Positions 9,617 to 20,908 of a DNA stretch of 64,000 nt are shown here, piece by piece (position 1 is the stretch's first letter; every line of letters begins with the position of its first letter). The stretch lies in the NCBI GenBank assembly GCA_965140785.1, contig OZ223511.1:17680-81679 (forward strand). The letters run 5' to 3'. The position numbers were made by a program, and so were the translations under genes. This stretch comes from an uncultured Ruficoccus sp. Lineage in GTDB: Bacteria > Verrucomicrobiota > Verrucomicrobiia > Opitutales > Cerasicoccaceae. The notes under the pieces were generated by a model. It saw only the letters and a program-made list of their open reading frames with translations, did not search any database and was not told where the DNA came from.

Positions 9617-11671
9617 TTGCCTGCTTCCGCCCAGTTTGCCTCTCCGACCGGTGCGACCGCCTCCTGCTGCTGTCATGAGGACGAGGCCCCCGGCTTGGGC
9701 GTGGGCGAGGACCGCTGGAGCAAGACCTGGCTAAAAGTCGCCATCGCGCTCGTCATCGCGGGGCAGGGGATGATTTTCGGGCTCGGTTATAATACCGCCG
9801 ATCCGCGACCGAGCTTCGGCAGCCCCGTGTACTGGCTGCTCAACGGCGGGCTGTTGCTCTCGGCGCTGATTGTGATGGCCCTGCTGGGGCCGCCGTTGTT
9901 TGCCGAGACCTGGCGGACACTGCGGCGGGGTAAGCTGACCGTGGAATCGCTTTTCACCCTGACCATGCTCGGGGCCTTTGGCGGCTCGCTCCTGTCCTCC
10001 CTGACCGGGACCGGGAGCCTTTATTATGAAGTCGTGGCCATCGTGCTGGCAATCTATACCATCGGCAAAACCCTTGGGGCGCGTTCGCGGCAGCGGGCCC
10101 TGGAGGCGGCGGAGCGGCTGCGGACGGACTTTGACCATGCCTGGATCGCTGCCTGCGGGCCAGAAGGCCGCCGGCGGGTGGTGCTGGCCCAGCTTCAGCC
10201 CGGTCAGCGCGTGCTGGTCGCTCCCGGCGAGCCGGTCACGGTGGACGGCGTCATCGTCAACGGCGAAGGCTATGTGGCCGAGACCGCCATTAACGGCGAG
10301 ACCGAGCCGGTCCGGCGCGGAGTGGGAGAGAGCGTCTTTGCCGGGAGTTACGCCGTCGATGCCGCGCTTGAGATCGAGGCCCGCGCCCTGGCCGGAGAGC
10401 GCAAGCTCGACGCCATTCTCGCCACTATCGAAGCGGCCCGTCTCAAGCCCTCCCGCCTGCAGGCCCAGGCCGACCGGCTGACGCGCTTTTTCGTCCCCTT
10501 CGTGCTGACCGTGGCGGTGGCGACCTTTTTCGGCTGGTTGCCCTTCGCCCCGTGGCAGCAGGCGCTCTTCGACGCCATGGCGGTGCTGCTGGTGGCCTGC
10601 CCCTGTGCCCTCGGCTTGGCCACCCCCATCGCGGTCTGGAGCGGCCTGATGAACCTCTCCCGCCTCGGGCTGGTCTGCGGCTCGGGCGACTTCCTCGACG
10701 CGCTGGCCGGGGCGCGGCACCTGGTCTTTGACAAGACCGGCACCCTCTCCGGCGAACGTCTCTCACTGGCCGACTTCCGGGCGCTGGCGGGGTTTGAGGG
10801 AGCGCACTTGCGCGCCCTGATCGAGGCGGCGGAGCGGCCTATCCGCCACCCGGTAGCCGAGCCGCTCAAGGCACTTGGAGCCGATCCCGACCAGGTCGTC
10901 GCCTGCCGGGTGAGCGCTTCTCAACTGGTCCCGGGGCGGGGACTGAAGGCCACCGTCCTCGATCCCGACGGGCGGGAGCATGCTTTATTAATCGGTGCGC
11001 GGGAGCTGATGCCGCCGGAGGCGCAGCCGGTCTTTATAAAGGAGGCCGAAGCGGGCACCGCGAAGCGCCAGGTCTTCGTCTGCTGCGACGGGCAACCGGC
11101 TGCGGTCATCCTGCTGGAGGAGAAGCTCCGGGCCGATGCTGCGGCCATGATGGGCGAGTTGCGCGAGCTTGGCACCGAGCTGGCCATCGTCAGCGGTGAC
11201 CCCCAGCCGCGCTGGAAAGACCTGGCCGGCGTCACCGTCACCGGGGGTATGCTGCCCGAGGCCAAGGTGCGCTTCGTGGAGGAGCGCGAATCTCGCCATG
11301 AGCCGGTTATTTTTATCGGAGACGGGGTCAATGACGCCGCTGCCATGGCCGTCAGCTCGGGCGGAATCGCCATGGGCGCGGGCGCGGATTTGACCAAGGC
11401 TGCCGCTTCGGCGGTGCTGGCGGGCGAGAACCTACGGGCGCTGCCGGATGCCATTCGCGTGTGCCGCCGCATCCAGAACGCCGTCCGGGGGAACCTCGTT
11501 TTCGCACTCGCCTACAACGTGCTGGGCATGGGCCTGGCCGCAGCGGGTATTCTGCATCCAGTTGCTGCGGCATTACTTATGCTCGGGTCGAGTCTCTTCG
11601 TATCGTGGCGGGCGGCCCGTTCGGCCCGTGTGGAGGAGCCGGACGGACTCGTAGAAATGGACGATGAATAG
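9617..11671 (+). CDS. Heavy-metal (Cu+) P1B-type ATPase, CcoI/FixI-like
   Basis: CPCALGLATP, DKTGT, HP, GDGVND, YN and MxxSS motifs; N-terminal CCCH but no HMA domain; TTG start uncertain; directly upstream of the ACIII-cbb3 genes. Confidence 0.88.
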   Translation: MPASAQFASPTGATASCCCHEDEAPGLGVGEDRWSKTWLKVAIALVIAGQGMIFGLGYNTADPRPSFGSPVYWLLNGGLLLSALIVMALLGPPLFAETWRTLRRGKLTVESLFTLTMLGAFGGSLLSSLTGTGSLYYEVVAIVLAIYTIGKTLGARSRQRALEAAERLRTDFDHAWIAACGPEGRRRVVLAQLQPGQRVLVAPGEPVTVDGVIVNGEGYVAETAINGETEPVRRGVGESVFAGSYAVDAALEIEARALAGERKLDAILATIEAARLKPSRLQAQADRLTRFFVPFVLTVAVATFFGWLPFAPWQQALFDAMAVLLVACPCALGLATPIAVWSGLMNLSRLGLVCGSGDFLDALAGARHLVFDKTGTLSGERLSLADFRALAGFEGAHLRALIEAAERPIRHPVAEPLKALGADPDQVVACRVSASQLVPGRGLKATVLDPDGREHALLIGARELMPPEAQPVFIKEAEAGTAKRQVFVCCDGQPAAVILLEEKLRADAAAMMGELRELGTELAIVSGDPQPRWKDLAGVTVTGGMLPEAKVRFVEERESRHEPVIFIGDGVNDAAAMAVSSGGIAMGAGADLTKAAASAVLAGENLRALPDAIRVCRRIQNAVRGNLVFALAYNVLGMGLAAAGILHPVAAALLMLGSSLFVSWRAARSARVEEPDGLVEMDDE

Positions 11672-11796
11672 CATTCAGTTTTCTAATAAACGGCAAAACA
11701 AATACTTATGAAACGACTCGAAAATAAGTTTTCTAAATTTGTTCCATTTTTTTCTTTGCTAAAGCAGGGCTTTCACCTTTCATAAGCTGCGTTGAA

Positions 11797-11982
11797 ATGA
11801 GGGACACATCAACGACACGTAAGACTTTTCTCAAGGGATTGGGACTTGCCGCACTCGCGACAGCTCTTTTTCCTCGCACGGGACTGCAAGCCCGGGAGGA
11901 AAAAAGTAACGAAGAGGTGAAACTGCCGATGGCCGCCCGCAAGGCGCCGATGGCTGTTTCACGTGGTAAAGCCCGGGCCTGA
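11797..11982 (+). CDS. Small 61-aa protein with a degenerate twin-arginine-like signal
   Basis: TRKTFLKGLGLAALATALFP resembles S/T-R-R-x-F-L-K with RK; ends 27 nt before actA. Confidence 0.6.
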   Translation: MRDTSTTRKTFLKGLGLAALATALFPRTGLQAREEKSNEEVKLPMAARKAPMAVSRGKARA

Positions 11983-12009
11983 TTCGCTACGGTTGTTATC
12001 TGACGGACT

Positions 12010-12663
12010 ATGGCCAATATTTACCCTAAGTGGACAAATACGGCGCCCCTGAAAATAGTGGCCTGCGTGCTGCTGCTCTTGGGGACGGTGGTGGCCGGTG
12101 TCACCTACTACGCCACGCCGAAATGGACCGAAGTCGGCCATCAGCCGATTCAGCCGGTCGCGTTCAGTCACAACCTGCACGCCGGGCAACTGGGAATCGA
12201 CTGCCGCTATTGCCACACCTATGTGGACCGCTCCGAGCACTCGAATGTCCCCGGCGCCAACACCTGTATGAACTGTCACAACCAGGTGCTGGCCAACGAT
12301 GCCCGGCTCGCCCCGGTTCGCGAGAGCTTCAACTCCGGTCAGCCGGTGCCCTGGGTCCGCGTCCACGACACGCCGGACTATGTTTACTTTAACCACTCTG
12401 TCCACGTGAACCGCGGCGTCAGCTGCGTCGAGTGTCACGGGCAGATCAACGAGATGGAAGTGGTTGAGCAGAAGCAGCCGCTGAGCATGGCCTTCTGCCT
12501 GAACTGCCACCGCAACCCTGAGAATTTCCTCCGCCCGCCGGACGAGGTCTATAACCTCGACTGGAAACCCGAGAGCGCCACCGCGCAGATCGAAATGGGT
12601 GAAAAATTCGTCCACGACTGGAAGGTTCAGCCGCCTGAGAGCTGTTCCGGCTGCCACCGATGA
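12010..12663 (+). CDS. actA: Alternative complex III pentaheme cytochrome c subunit
   Basis: One TM helix and five CxxCH (CRYCH, CMNCH, CVECH, CLNCH, CSGCH); QPVAFSHNLH and VYFNHSVH motifs. Confidence 0.92.
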   Translation: MANIYPKWTNTAPLKIVACVLLLLGTVVAGVTYYATPKWTEVGHQPIQPVAFSHNLHAGQLGIDCRYCHTYVDRSEHSNVPGANTCMNCHNQVLANDARLAPVRESFNSGQPVPWVRVHDTPDYVYFNHSVHVNRGVSCVECHGQINEMEVVEQKQPLSMAFCLNCHRNPENFLRPPDEVYNLDWKPESATAQIEMGEKFVHDWKVQPPESCSGCHR

Positions 12664-15600
12664 AACGCAAAGTACAGCACCCCGAGCCCACCGCACGCGA
12701 ACTGGCCGGTCCGCGCTACTGGCGCAGCCCGGAAGAATTGGCCGATACGCCCGAGTTCCGCGTCCTGCTGGAGCGCGAATTCCCGGAAGGGGCTTCCGAG
12801 ACCACGGAGGCCGACCGCCGCACCTTTCTTAAGCTGATGGGCGCCTCCGCCGCGCTGGCCGGTTTCGGCCTGGCTGGCTGCCGCCAGCCCACCCAGCACA
12901 TCCTGCCGTACTCGAAGTCGCCCGAGCGCATGGTGCCCGGCGTGCCGATCTTTTACGCCAGCTCCCAGCCCACCGCCCACGGGAACATCCCGCTCATCGT
13001 GGAAACCCACGACGCCCGCCCGACCAAGATCGAGGGCAACCCGAGCTACCAGCCCTTCGGCGGCGGCACCACCGGCTACGCCCAGGCCAGCGTGCTCGAC
13101 CTTTACGACCCGGACCGTCTGCAAAAGAGCCAGTCCAAGAGCGGTCGCCAGCTCGACAAGGCCTCCGTCGTCACTGCCCTTTCCGAGATCAACAAGGCCT
13201 ACGGCAAGAACAAGGGCAAGGGCCTGGTTATCCTGGCCGAACCCTCCACCTCGCCCAGCCGTGCCAAGCTCGTGGCGCAGTTGCAGCAGGCCATGCCGGA
13301 GGCCGTCTGGGCCGAATATTCGGCAGTGGACGCTTCCGCTCCGACTCGCGTGCTCAAAGCCCTCTCGGGCAAGGCCTTGCAGCCGGTTTACGATTTTTCC
13401 AAGGCCCAGCGCGTGCTCGCGCTGGACTCGGACTTCCTCGGCTCCGAGCCGGGGCACCTCGGCAACGCCCGCGGCTTCGCCAAGGGCCGCAAGGTCAAGA
13501 CCAAGGCTGAGGCGGAGAAGATGAGCCGCCTCTACGCGGTCGAGTCGAACTTCACCGTCACCGGCGGCCAGGCCGACCACCGCCTGCGCGCGGCCACCAG
13601 CCACATCCCGGCGATCACCGCGCTGATCCTGGCCGAAGTCATCGGCCAGAGCGGCGGGGACAAGTCCACGGCGGATACGCTGCGCCAGCAGGCCGCCGGA
13701 CTGGAAGTCGATCCGGCCTGGATCTCCGAGTGCGTCAAGGACCTCGTGTCCGCTTCCGCCCATGGGCAGGCGCTCGTGGTGGCCGGCTCGCACCTGCCGG
13801 ACGCGGTCCACACGATGGTTTATGCCATCAATCATTTCCTCAAGAGCTCCGGCAAGACCGTCAAGTACGTCGAACTGCCCGAGCAGAAGAACGTCGCCGG
13901 TATTAAAGACGTGGCCGATCTGCTCGACAAGGGCGAGGTCAACACGCTGGTCATCCTCGGCGGCAACCCCGCCTACGACGCCCCCGGCGACCTTGATTGG
14001 GCCAAGCTTCAGCAAAAAGCGGGCAAGGTCGTCCGCTACGGCACCTACGCCGACGAGACTTCCGAACTGGCCGACCTCACCGTGGCCGCCGCTCACTACC
14101 TCGAAAGCTGGGGCGACGGGTACACCATCGACGGGGTTTACGTGCCGGTTCAGCCGATGATCCTGCCACTCTTCGACGGGTTCACCGAGATTGAGCTGCT
14201 CGAAATTTTCACCACCGGCCAGAGCAGCGGCGACCAGGGCTACGGCCGGGTTCGCAAGACCTTTGGCGAGATCTCCGGCAAGACGGACGACGTTTCCTTC
14301 AACGCCTGGCTGACCGAAGGCGTGCTCAAGGGCGGCTTCAAGAGCGCCCCGGCGATCAGCGAAGGCGCCATCGGCACGGCCCTCGGACTGGCCGCCAGCA
14401 GCGGTGCCCTCAAGGCCCCGGCGCTGAGCGAAGAGGCCCTCGAGGTCCGCATCACGCCCAGTTCGCATTTTTACGACGGTCGCTATAATAATAACGGCTG
14501 GCTGGCCGAAGTGCCGGACCCGATGAGCAAGCTCACCTGGGACAACGCCATTTCTATCAGCCCGAAGCTGGCCAAGAAGCTCGGTGTCACGCCGCAGCCG
14601 ATCACCATGGACAAGATCGGCCAGCTCCACATGGACGCCAACCAGTTCAAGCGCGGCCAGGAGCAGGCCCCCGTCGGCACGCTCACCGTGGGCGGCAAGA
14701 AGGTGACCGGGCCCATCCACATTCAGCCCGGCCTGGCCGACTGGACCGTGGTCGTCACGCTCGGCTTCGGTCGCCGCAAGACCGGTCGCGTCGGCACTCG
14801 GATCAAGGATTATCCCGGCTTCGGCCCCGGTATCGGTTTCGACGCCTACCCGCTGACCACGTTGGCTTCCCGCGCGCTCGCCCTGGGTGGCGCGCTCAAG
14901 ACGACGGGCGAGATTTACCCGCTGGCCAACACCCAGCAGCACTGGTCGATGGAAGGCCGCGCCATCCTGCGCGAGGGAACGGCGGACGAGTTCGCCCACG
15001 ACCCGAAATTCGCTTCCAAGATGGGCGCCGAGGCGCACTCGCCGCCCGTGCTGGGCAATGCCCGCAAGGACCCGCTTTCCGAGGTCGTGCGCGAGATCCC
15101 GCGCGGAGGCTCCATGTACAAGACGCCGGAGTTCAAGGCCGAGCAGCAGTGGGGCATGAGCATCGACCTGAACTCGTGCATCGGCTGTAACGCCTGCGTG
15201 GTGGCCTGTCAGAGCGAGAATAACATTCCCATCGTGGGCAAGGACCAGGTCCTGCGTGGCCGCGAAATGCACTGGCTGCGCCTCGACCGCTACTACTCGG
15301 TCGGCCCGGAGTTTCCCACCACGGAAATCCCCGAGGACCCGCAGGTGGCGTTCATGGGTGTGGCTTGCCAGCACTGCGAGCTGGCCCCCTGCGAAAGCGT
15401 CTGCCCGGTCAACGCGACCGTTCACGACGAGCAGGGCCTCAACGTCATGGCCTACAACCGCTGCGTGGGCACGCGTTACTGCGCCAACAACTGCCCGTAT
15501 AAGGTCCGCCGTTTCAATTTCTTCGATTACAACAAGCGCGAGCGCGGCGAGCTCTACAAGGGCCCGCTCGGGACGGACCGGTACAAGACCGAGGCCTCTC

Positions 15601-16175
15601 AGCTCACCCGCATGCAGAAGAACCCGAACGTCACCGTGCGCATGCGCGGGGTGATGGAAAAGTGCACCTACTGCGTGCAGCGCATCGAGCAGGCCAAGAT
15701 CGACCAGAAGGTCAAGGCCGGGGCCAGCCCCGACGTCAAGGTGCCCGACGGCACGATCAAGGTGGCCTGCCAGCAGGTTTGCCCGACCGAGGCGATTGTC
15801 TTCGGCGACGTGGCCGATCCGAACTCCGAAGTTTCCAAGATCAAGACCGAGAACGACCGCAACTACGCCGTCCTTGGCTACTTGAACGTCCGTCCGCGCA
15901 CCACCTACCTGGCCCGCCTGCGCAACCCGAACCCGGCCATGCCCGACACCTACCAGCAGCCGCTCAGCCGCGCCGAATACGAGGCCAAGAACGGCCACGG
16001 TGGCGGTCACGGCGAGCATGGGTCCGAGCACGGCGGCGGCCACGGTGAAAACGGCGGTGGTCACGGCGAGTCCCACGACACGCTCCCCACCGGTCATGAA
16101 AGCGCCGGCGTCGAAGCCACGCACGGCACCTCCGCGCCCGCCCACGGCGAGCAGCCGCCCGCCGAGCATCACTAA
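12660..16175 (+). CDS. actB: Alternative complex III subunit B (molybdopterin-oxidoreductase-like plus Fe-S domain), Tat lipoprotein
   Basis: YWRS...EF N-terminus; RRTFLKLMG...LAGC Tat/lipobox; CIGCNACVVAC, CQHCELAPCESVCP, CVGTRYCANNCP, KCTYC...CQQVCP; His-rich tail. Confidence 0.93.
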   Translation: MKRKVQHPEPTARELAGPRYWRSPEELADTPEFRVLLEREFPEGASETTEADRRTFLKLMGASAALAGFGLAGCRQPTQHILPYSKSPERMVPGVPIFYASSQPTAHGNIPLIVETHDARPTKIEGNPSYQPFGGGTTGYAQASVLDLYDPDRLQKSQSKSGRQLDKASVVTALSEINKAYGKNKGKGLVILAEPSTSPSRAKLVAQLQQAMPEAVWAEYSAVDASAPTRVLKALSGKALQPVYDFSKAQRVLALDSDFLGSEPGHLGNARGFAKGRKVKTKAEAEKMSRLYAVESNFTVTGGQADHRLRAATSHIPAITALILAEVIGQSGGDKSTADTLRQQAAGLEVDPAWISECVKDLVSASAHGQALVVAGSHLPDAVHTMVYAINHFLKSSGKTVKYVELPEQKNVAGIKDVADLLDKGEVNTLVILGGNPAYDAPGDLDWAKLQQKAGKVVRYGTYADETSELADLTVAAAHYLESWGDGYTIDGVYVPVQPMILPLFDGFTEIELLEIFTTGQSSGDQGYGRVRKTFGEISGKTDDVSFNAWLTEGVLKGGFKSAPAISEGAIGTALGLAASSGALKAPALSEEALEVRITPSSHFYDGRYNNNGWLAEVPDPMSKLTWDNAISISPKLAKKLGVTPQPITMDKIGQLHMDANQFKRGQEQAPVGTLTVGGKKVTGPIHIQPGLADWTVVVTLGFGRRKTGRVGTRIKDYPGFGPGIGFDAYPLTTLASRALALGGALKTTGEIYPLANTQQHWSMEGRAILREGTADEFAHDPKFASKMGAEAHSPPVLGNARKDPLSEVVREIPRGGSMYKTPEFKAEQQWGMSIDLNSCIGCNACVVACQSENNIPIVGKDQVLRGREMHWLRLDRYYSVGPEFPTTEIPEDPQVAFMGVACQHCELAPCESVCPVNATVHDEQGLNVMAYNRCVGTRYCANNCPYKVRRFNFFDYNKRERGELYKGPLGTDRYKTEASQLTRMQKNPNVTVRMRGVMEKCTYCVQRIEQAKIDQKVKAGASPDVKVPDGTIKVACQQVCPTEAIVFGDVADPNSEVSKIKTENDRNYAVLGYLNVRPRTTYLARLRNPNPAMPDTYQQPLSRAEYEAKNGHGGGHGEHGSEHGGGHGENGGGHGESHDTLPTGHESAGVEATHGTSAPAHGEQPPAEHH

Positions 16176-16180
16176 GCCAC

Positions 16181-16220
16181 TGACGAACACTCGAACTCTC
16201 AAACCTTCAAACTCTCAAAC
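16181..16220 (+). repeat. Five-copy 8-bp tandem array (NNTCAAAC) between actB and actC
   Basis: TGACGAAC ACTCGAAC TCTCAAAC CTTCAAAC TCTCAAAC immediately before the AGGA RBS of actC; same motif as 5341-5457. Confidence 0.75.
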
Positions 16221-16228
16221 TTTTAGGA

Positions 16229-17715
<1,487 letters not shown>

Positions 17716-17716
<1 letters not shown>

Positions 17717-18264
17717 TGGTTAAGGAACACCATTCACGCGACACCTACGGGATCCTGGCCGAATTCACGGAGACGCCCGCCTTCTACGAGGCGGTGGGCA
17801 AGGTGAAGGACGCCGGCTACAAGAAGTTCGACTGCTTTACGCCGTTCCCGGTCCACGGCCTCGACGCCAAGATGGGCATTGGCCGCTCGAAGGTACCGAT
17901 TTTCACCGCCATCGGCGGGGTGACGGGCTTTTGCACCGGCATGCTCATCACCTGGTACATGAACGGCTTCAACTACCCGCTGATCGTCGGCGGCAAGCCG
18001 TTCTGGAGCCCGATTTTCCCGTTCCCGATCATGTACGAGCTGACGATTCTGTTCTCGGCCTTCGGGACGCTCTTCGGCATGTTCGCGACGAACCTGCTGC
18101 CGCGCCACAACCACCCGGTCTTCGAGTACGAGGACTACATCAAGTGCGGCGACGACACCTTTTTCCTCGTTATCGAAAAGGCTGACCCGAAATTCGACCT
18201 GGAGCAGACGCGCTCCATGCTTGAGGAACTCGGCAGCACCAAAGTGGAGGTCTTGACAGCCTGA
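17716..18264 (+). CDS. actD: Alternative complex III subunit D (DUF3341)
   Basis: FTPFPVHGLD, YPLIVGGKP and MYELTILF motifs; TAATG overlap with actC. Confidence 0.92.
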
Positions 18265-18920
18265 TGCGCTACTTTATCGCCATATGGATTTTCGGGATCG
18301 TGGCCGTGGTCACGATTCTGGGCCCCCGCGGGGCCAAAAGCACGCGCAACCCGATCTATGTCTTTCCGGACATGGACTGGCAGGCCAAGTACCTGCCACA
18401 GGGGGAGAACGAGTTCTTCGCCGACGGACGTAACGACCGCCCGGTCGTTCCCGGCACCGTCGGACGCGGCTACGGCAACGAGCTCAAGGAGGTCTTCAGC
18501 GCCGAGTACGTGGACCCGGTCAGCCAGAACCCGGCCCTGTACTCCGGCAAGGACGCCGACGGTAATTGGTATCGCGGTTTCCCGATCGAGATCACCGACG
18601 AGGTCATGCAGCTGGGCCACGACAAGTTTAACATCTTCTGCATCGTCTGCCACGGTGCCTCCGGTAACGGCAACGGCATCACCAAGCAGTTCGGCATGGC
18701 CGCCACCCCGACCTACCACGACAACCGCATTCGCGGCATGGCCGAGGGCGAAATCTTTAACACCATCACGCACGGCAAGAATCTGATGGGCGCCTACGGC
18801 ATGAAGCTGCGCCCCGAGGAGCGCTGGGCGGTCATCGCCTACGTGCGCGCCCTGCAACTGGCCAACGATGCCACCATCGAAGACGTGCCTGAACAATTTA
18901 AACCGGAGCTTGGATTATAA
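18264..18920 (+). CDS. actE: Alternative complex III monoheme cytochrome c subunit
   Basis: PDMDWQ...FFADGR, single CIVCH, ITHGKNLMGAY and ERWAVIAYVRALQ motifs. Confidence 0.9.
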   Translation: MRYFIAIWIFGIVAVVTILGPRGAKSTRNPIYVFPDMDWQAKYLPQGENEFFADGRNDRPVVPGTVGRGYGNELKEVFSAEYVDPVSQNPALYSGKDADGNWYRGFPIEITDEVMQLGHDKFNIFCIVCHGASGNGNGITKQFGMAATPTYHDNRIRGMAEGEIFNTITHGKNLMGAYGMKLRPEERWAVIAYVRALQLANDATIEDVPEQFKPELGL

Positions 18921-18954
18921 TGAGCAGCAAACACACGGTGTTTGATCCGATTGA

Positions 18955-18999
18955 GGGGCTGCGCCCCTACGGAGCCAGAAAGGCTCCTACCCCGGAGTT
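18955..18999 (+). repeat. 45-bp double-hairpin element, copy 1
   Basis: GGGGCTGCGCCCCTACGGAGCCAGAAAGGCTCCTACCCCGGAGTT; 38/45 identical to 24173-24217. Confidence 0.8.
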
Positions 19000-19043
19000 G
19001 CCGTCCGTAGCGCCTACACCTATTTTAACTTGGAGTCAGAACA

Positions 19044-20363
19044 ATGAGCAGTAACGCCGCAACCGCATCCGTGCCCGCCGCGGCGGCCGTGTCTGGCGGC
19101 CGCAAGCCCCTGGCCACGATCTTTCTCGTCATCGGCCTCATCGGCCTGGCCGTGGCCCTGGTCGGCATGATCATGGGCCTGACCCAGGAGACCCCCAATG
19201 GCCGCCCCGTCATGAGCTGGCTGCTGGGCTATTCCTTCTGGTTTGGTATGCTCATCGGCATGCTCATGCTGGTGCAGATTTCGTACATCTTCGACGCCGG
19301 CTGGTCCACCATCATCCGTCGTCAGTTGGAGCACTTCCTGGCCGCGTTTCCGTGGATGTTCCTGCTGCTGATCCCGCTCATCGCGCTGCCGTTCTTTATC
19401 GGGGACAACCCCGGTGTGCTCTGGAAATGGATGAACCTCGACAACGTCCTGCCCGGCGTGCACGGGGTCAAAGTAGGCGAGGACCCGCTCTACCTGCACA
19501 AGTCCGGCCTGTTGAACGTGCCGTTCTTCATCGTGCGGCTGTGCATCTACTTCGCGGTGTTCTGCGGGTTCTCCAACCGCCTGCGCAAGCACTCCTTCAC
19601 CAATGATTTCCAGCCGGACCCCAAGCACTACATCGCGTGCCGCAAGTGGTCAGGCGCGGGGATGTTCCTGGTGCCGATGGCGCTGACCTTCGCGGCCTTC
19701 GACCTGCTGATGAGCCTGAGCTACCACTGGTTCTCGACCATGTACGGGGTGTGGTTCTTCGCCATCTCCATGCGTATGGCTCTCGCCGTGACCGTGATCA
19801 CGCTCTACTTCCTGAGCACCCGTGGCTCCCTCAAGGGCATCCTCAACCAGAGCCACTACTACATGCTCGCGTGCATCTTCCTGGCCTTCACGATCTTCTG
19901 GGCCTACATCAGCTTCTCGCAGTTCTTCCTCATCTACAACGCGAACATCCCCGAAGAAACCTTCTGGTACAACCTGCGCCAGCTCAACGCGGACGGCACC
20001 TACAACCAGTGGTGGTGGGTCGGTCTTTCGCTGATCTTCTGCATGTTCCTGTTCCCGTTCCTGTTCCTGCTGCGGTACAAGAACAAGGTCATCCCGCGCA
20101 ACATGGTCTTCATCAGCGTTTGGATCCTGCTCTTTGCCTGCGTGGACCTGTACTTTAACATCGCTCCGACCCAGAAGCCCGCGGACAATGTCCTGGGCTA
20201 CGTGACCTCGCCCTTCCTGACCGGGTACATGCTCTTTGACCTGGCCGCTTGGGTCGGCGTCGGCGGGATCGTCCTGTGGGCCGCGCTGCGGAGCATGGCC
20301 ACGACGTACCCGATACCCATTCACGACCCGCGCATCCGCGAGTCCATCGCCAGCGTTCAGTAA
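19044..20363 (+). CDS. actF: Alternative complex III membrane subunit F
   Basis: Polytopic; AGWS, LMSLSYHWFSTMYG and FWAYISFSQFFLIYNANIPEE motifs. Confidence 0.92.
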   Translation: MSSNAATASVPAAAAVSGGRKPLATIFLVIGLIGLAVALVGMIMGLTQETPNGRPVMSWLLGYSFWFGMLIGMLMLVQISYIFDAGWSTIIRRQLEHFLAAFPWMFLLLIPLIALPFFIGDNPGVLWKWMNLDNVLPGVHGVKVGEDPLYLHKSGLLNVPFFIVRLCIYFAVFCGFSNRLRKHSFTNDFQPDPKHYIACRKWSGAGMFLVPMALTFAAFDLLMSLSYHWFSTMYGVWFFAISMRMALAVTVITLYFLSTRGSLKGILNQSHYYMLACIFLAFTIFWAYISFSQFFLIYNANIPEETFWYNLRQLNADGTYNQWWWVGLSLIFCMFLFPFLFLLRYKNKVIPRNMVFISVWILLFACVDLYFNIAPTQKPADNVLGYVTSPFLTGYMLFDLAAWVGVGGIVLWAALRSMATTYPIPIHDPRIRESIASVQ

Positions 20364-20365
20364 TC

Positions 20366-20908
20366 ATGTCCAACACGGCACCGGAAACCAGCCACTCCAA
20401 CTACCTGTTCTCCATCTTCGGGGCACTGGGGAGCATGGCGTTGTTTTTTGTCATCATCCTGATCGCGTATGTTTACATGCAGCGGCCCGCGCCCGTCGAT
20501 CAGCAGGCGATCGATAACCGCCTGGCCAAGCGCGCCGACGTTGATGCCAAGCAGACGGCCCTGATCTCCGAGTACGCCTGGGTGGATCAGAAGGCCGGCA
20601 CCGTGCGCGTCCCGGTCGATGTCGCCATGACGTTGGCGGTCAAGGAAATCGCGGCCAAGCCGGACGGGATCTTCCCCCCGGCTCAGACGCCCGCCGCCGC
20701 TCCGGCAGCGGACGCCCCGGCCGATGACACCGCAGCGATCGACTCCTCTTCCGCCGAAGAGGCGACGTCCGCCGACGGCGACGCCCAGGCATCCACTCAA
20801 ACTGAATCCACGCCCGCCGCCGAGGAGGGCGCTTCCTCCGGCCAAAACCCGGCCGCCGACACCGCCGCTCCGAGTGCGTCCGGGGAGGGCGATCAAGAGG
20901 CCAAGTAA
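20366..20908 (+). CDS. ActG-like single-TM subunit with an Ala/Asp/Ser-rich tail
   Basis: TM helix, then YAWVDQKAGTVRVPVDVAM motif typical of the small ACIII gene following actF; start MSNTAP. Confidence 0.7.
   Translation: MSNTAPETSHSNYLFSIFGALGSMALFFVIILIAYVYMQRPAPVDQQAIDNRLAKRADVDAKQTALISEYAWVDQKAGTVRVPVDVAMTLAVKEIAAKPDGIFPPAQTPAAAPAADAPADDTAAIDSSSAEEATSADGDAQASTQTESTPAAEEGASSGQNPAADTAAPSASGEGDQEAK

Noticed and set aside
10285..10305. NGE instead of TGE in the ATPase actuator loop as evidence of inactivity
   Set aside because: The catalytic Glu and all other P-type motifs are intact; one substitution is insufficient evidence.
12627..16202. 1191-aa antisense ORF over actB, and similar long shadow ORFs over ccoN, xylA, carA, rng and the octaheme gene
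   Set aside because: Mirror-frame ORFs expected from strong GC3 codon bias; no recognisable motifs, and the opposite strand carries the clear genes.
20249..20365. N-terminal extension of the ActG-like ORF
   Set aside because: Overlaps actF in another frame; the ATG at 20366 right after the actF stop is the plausible start.
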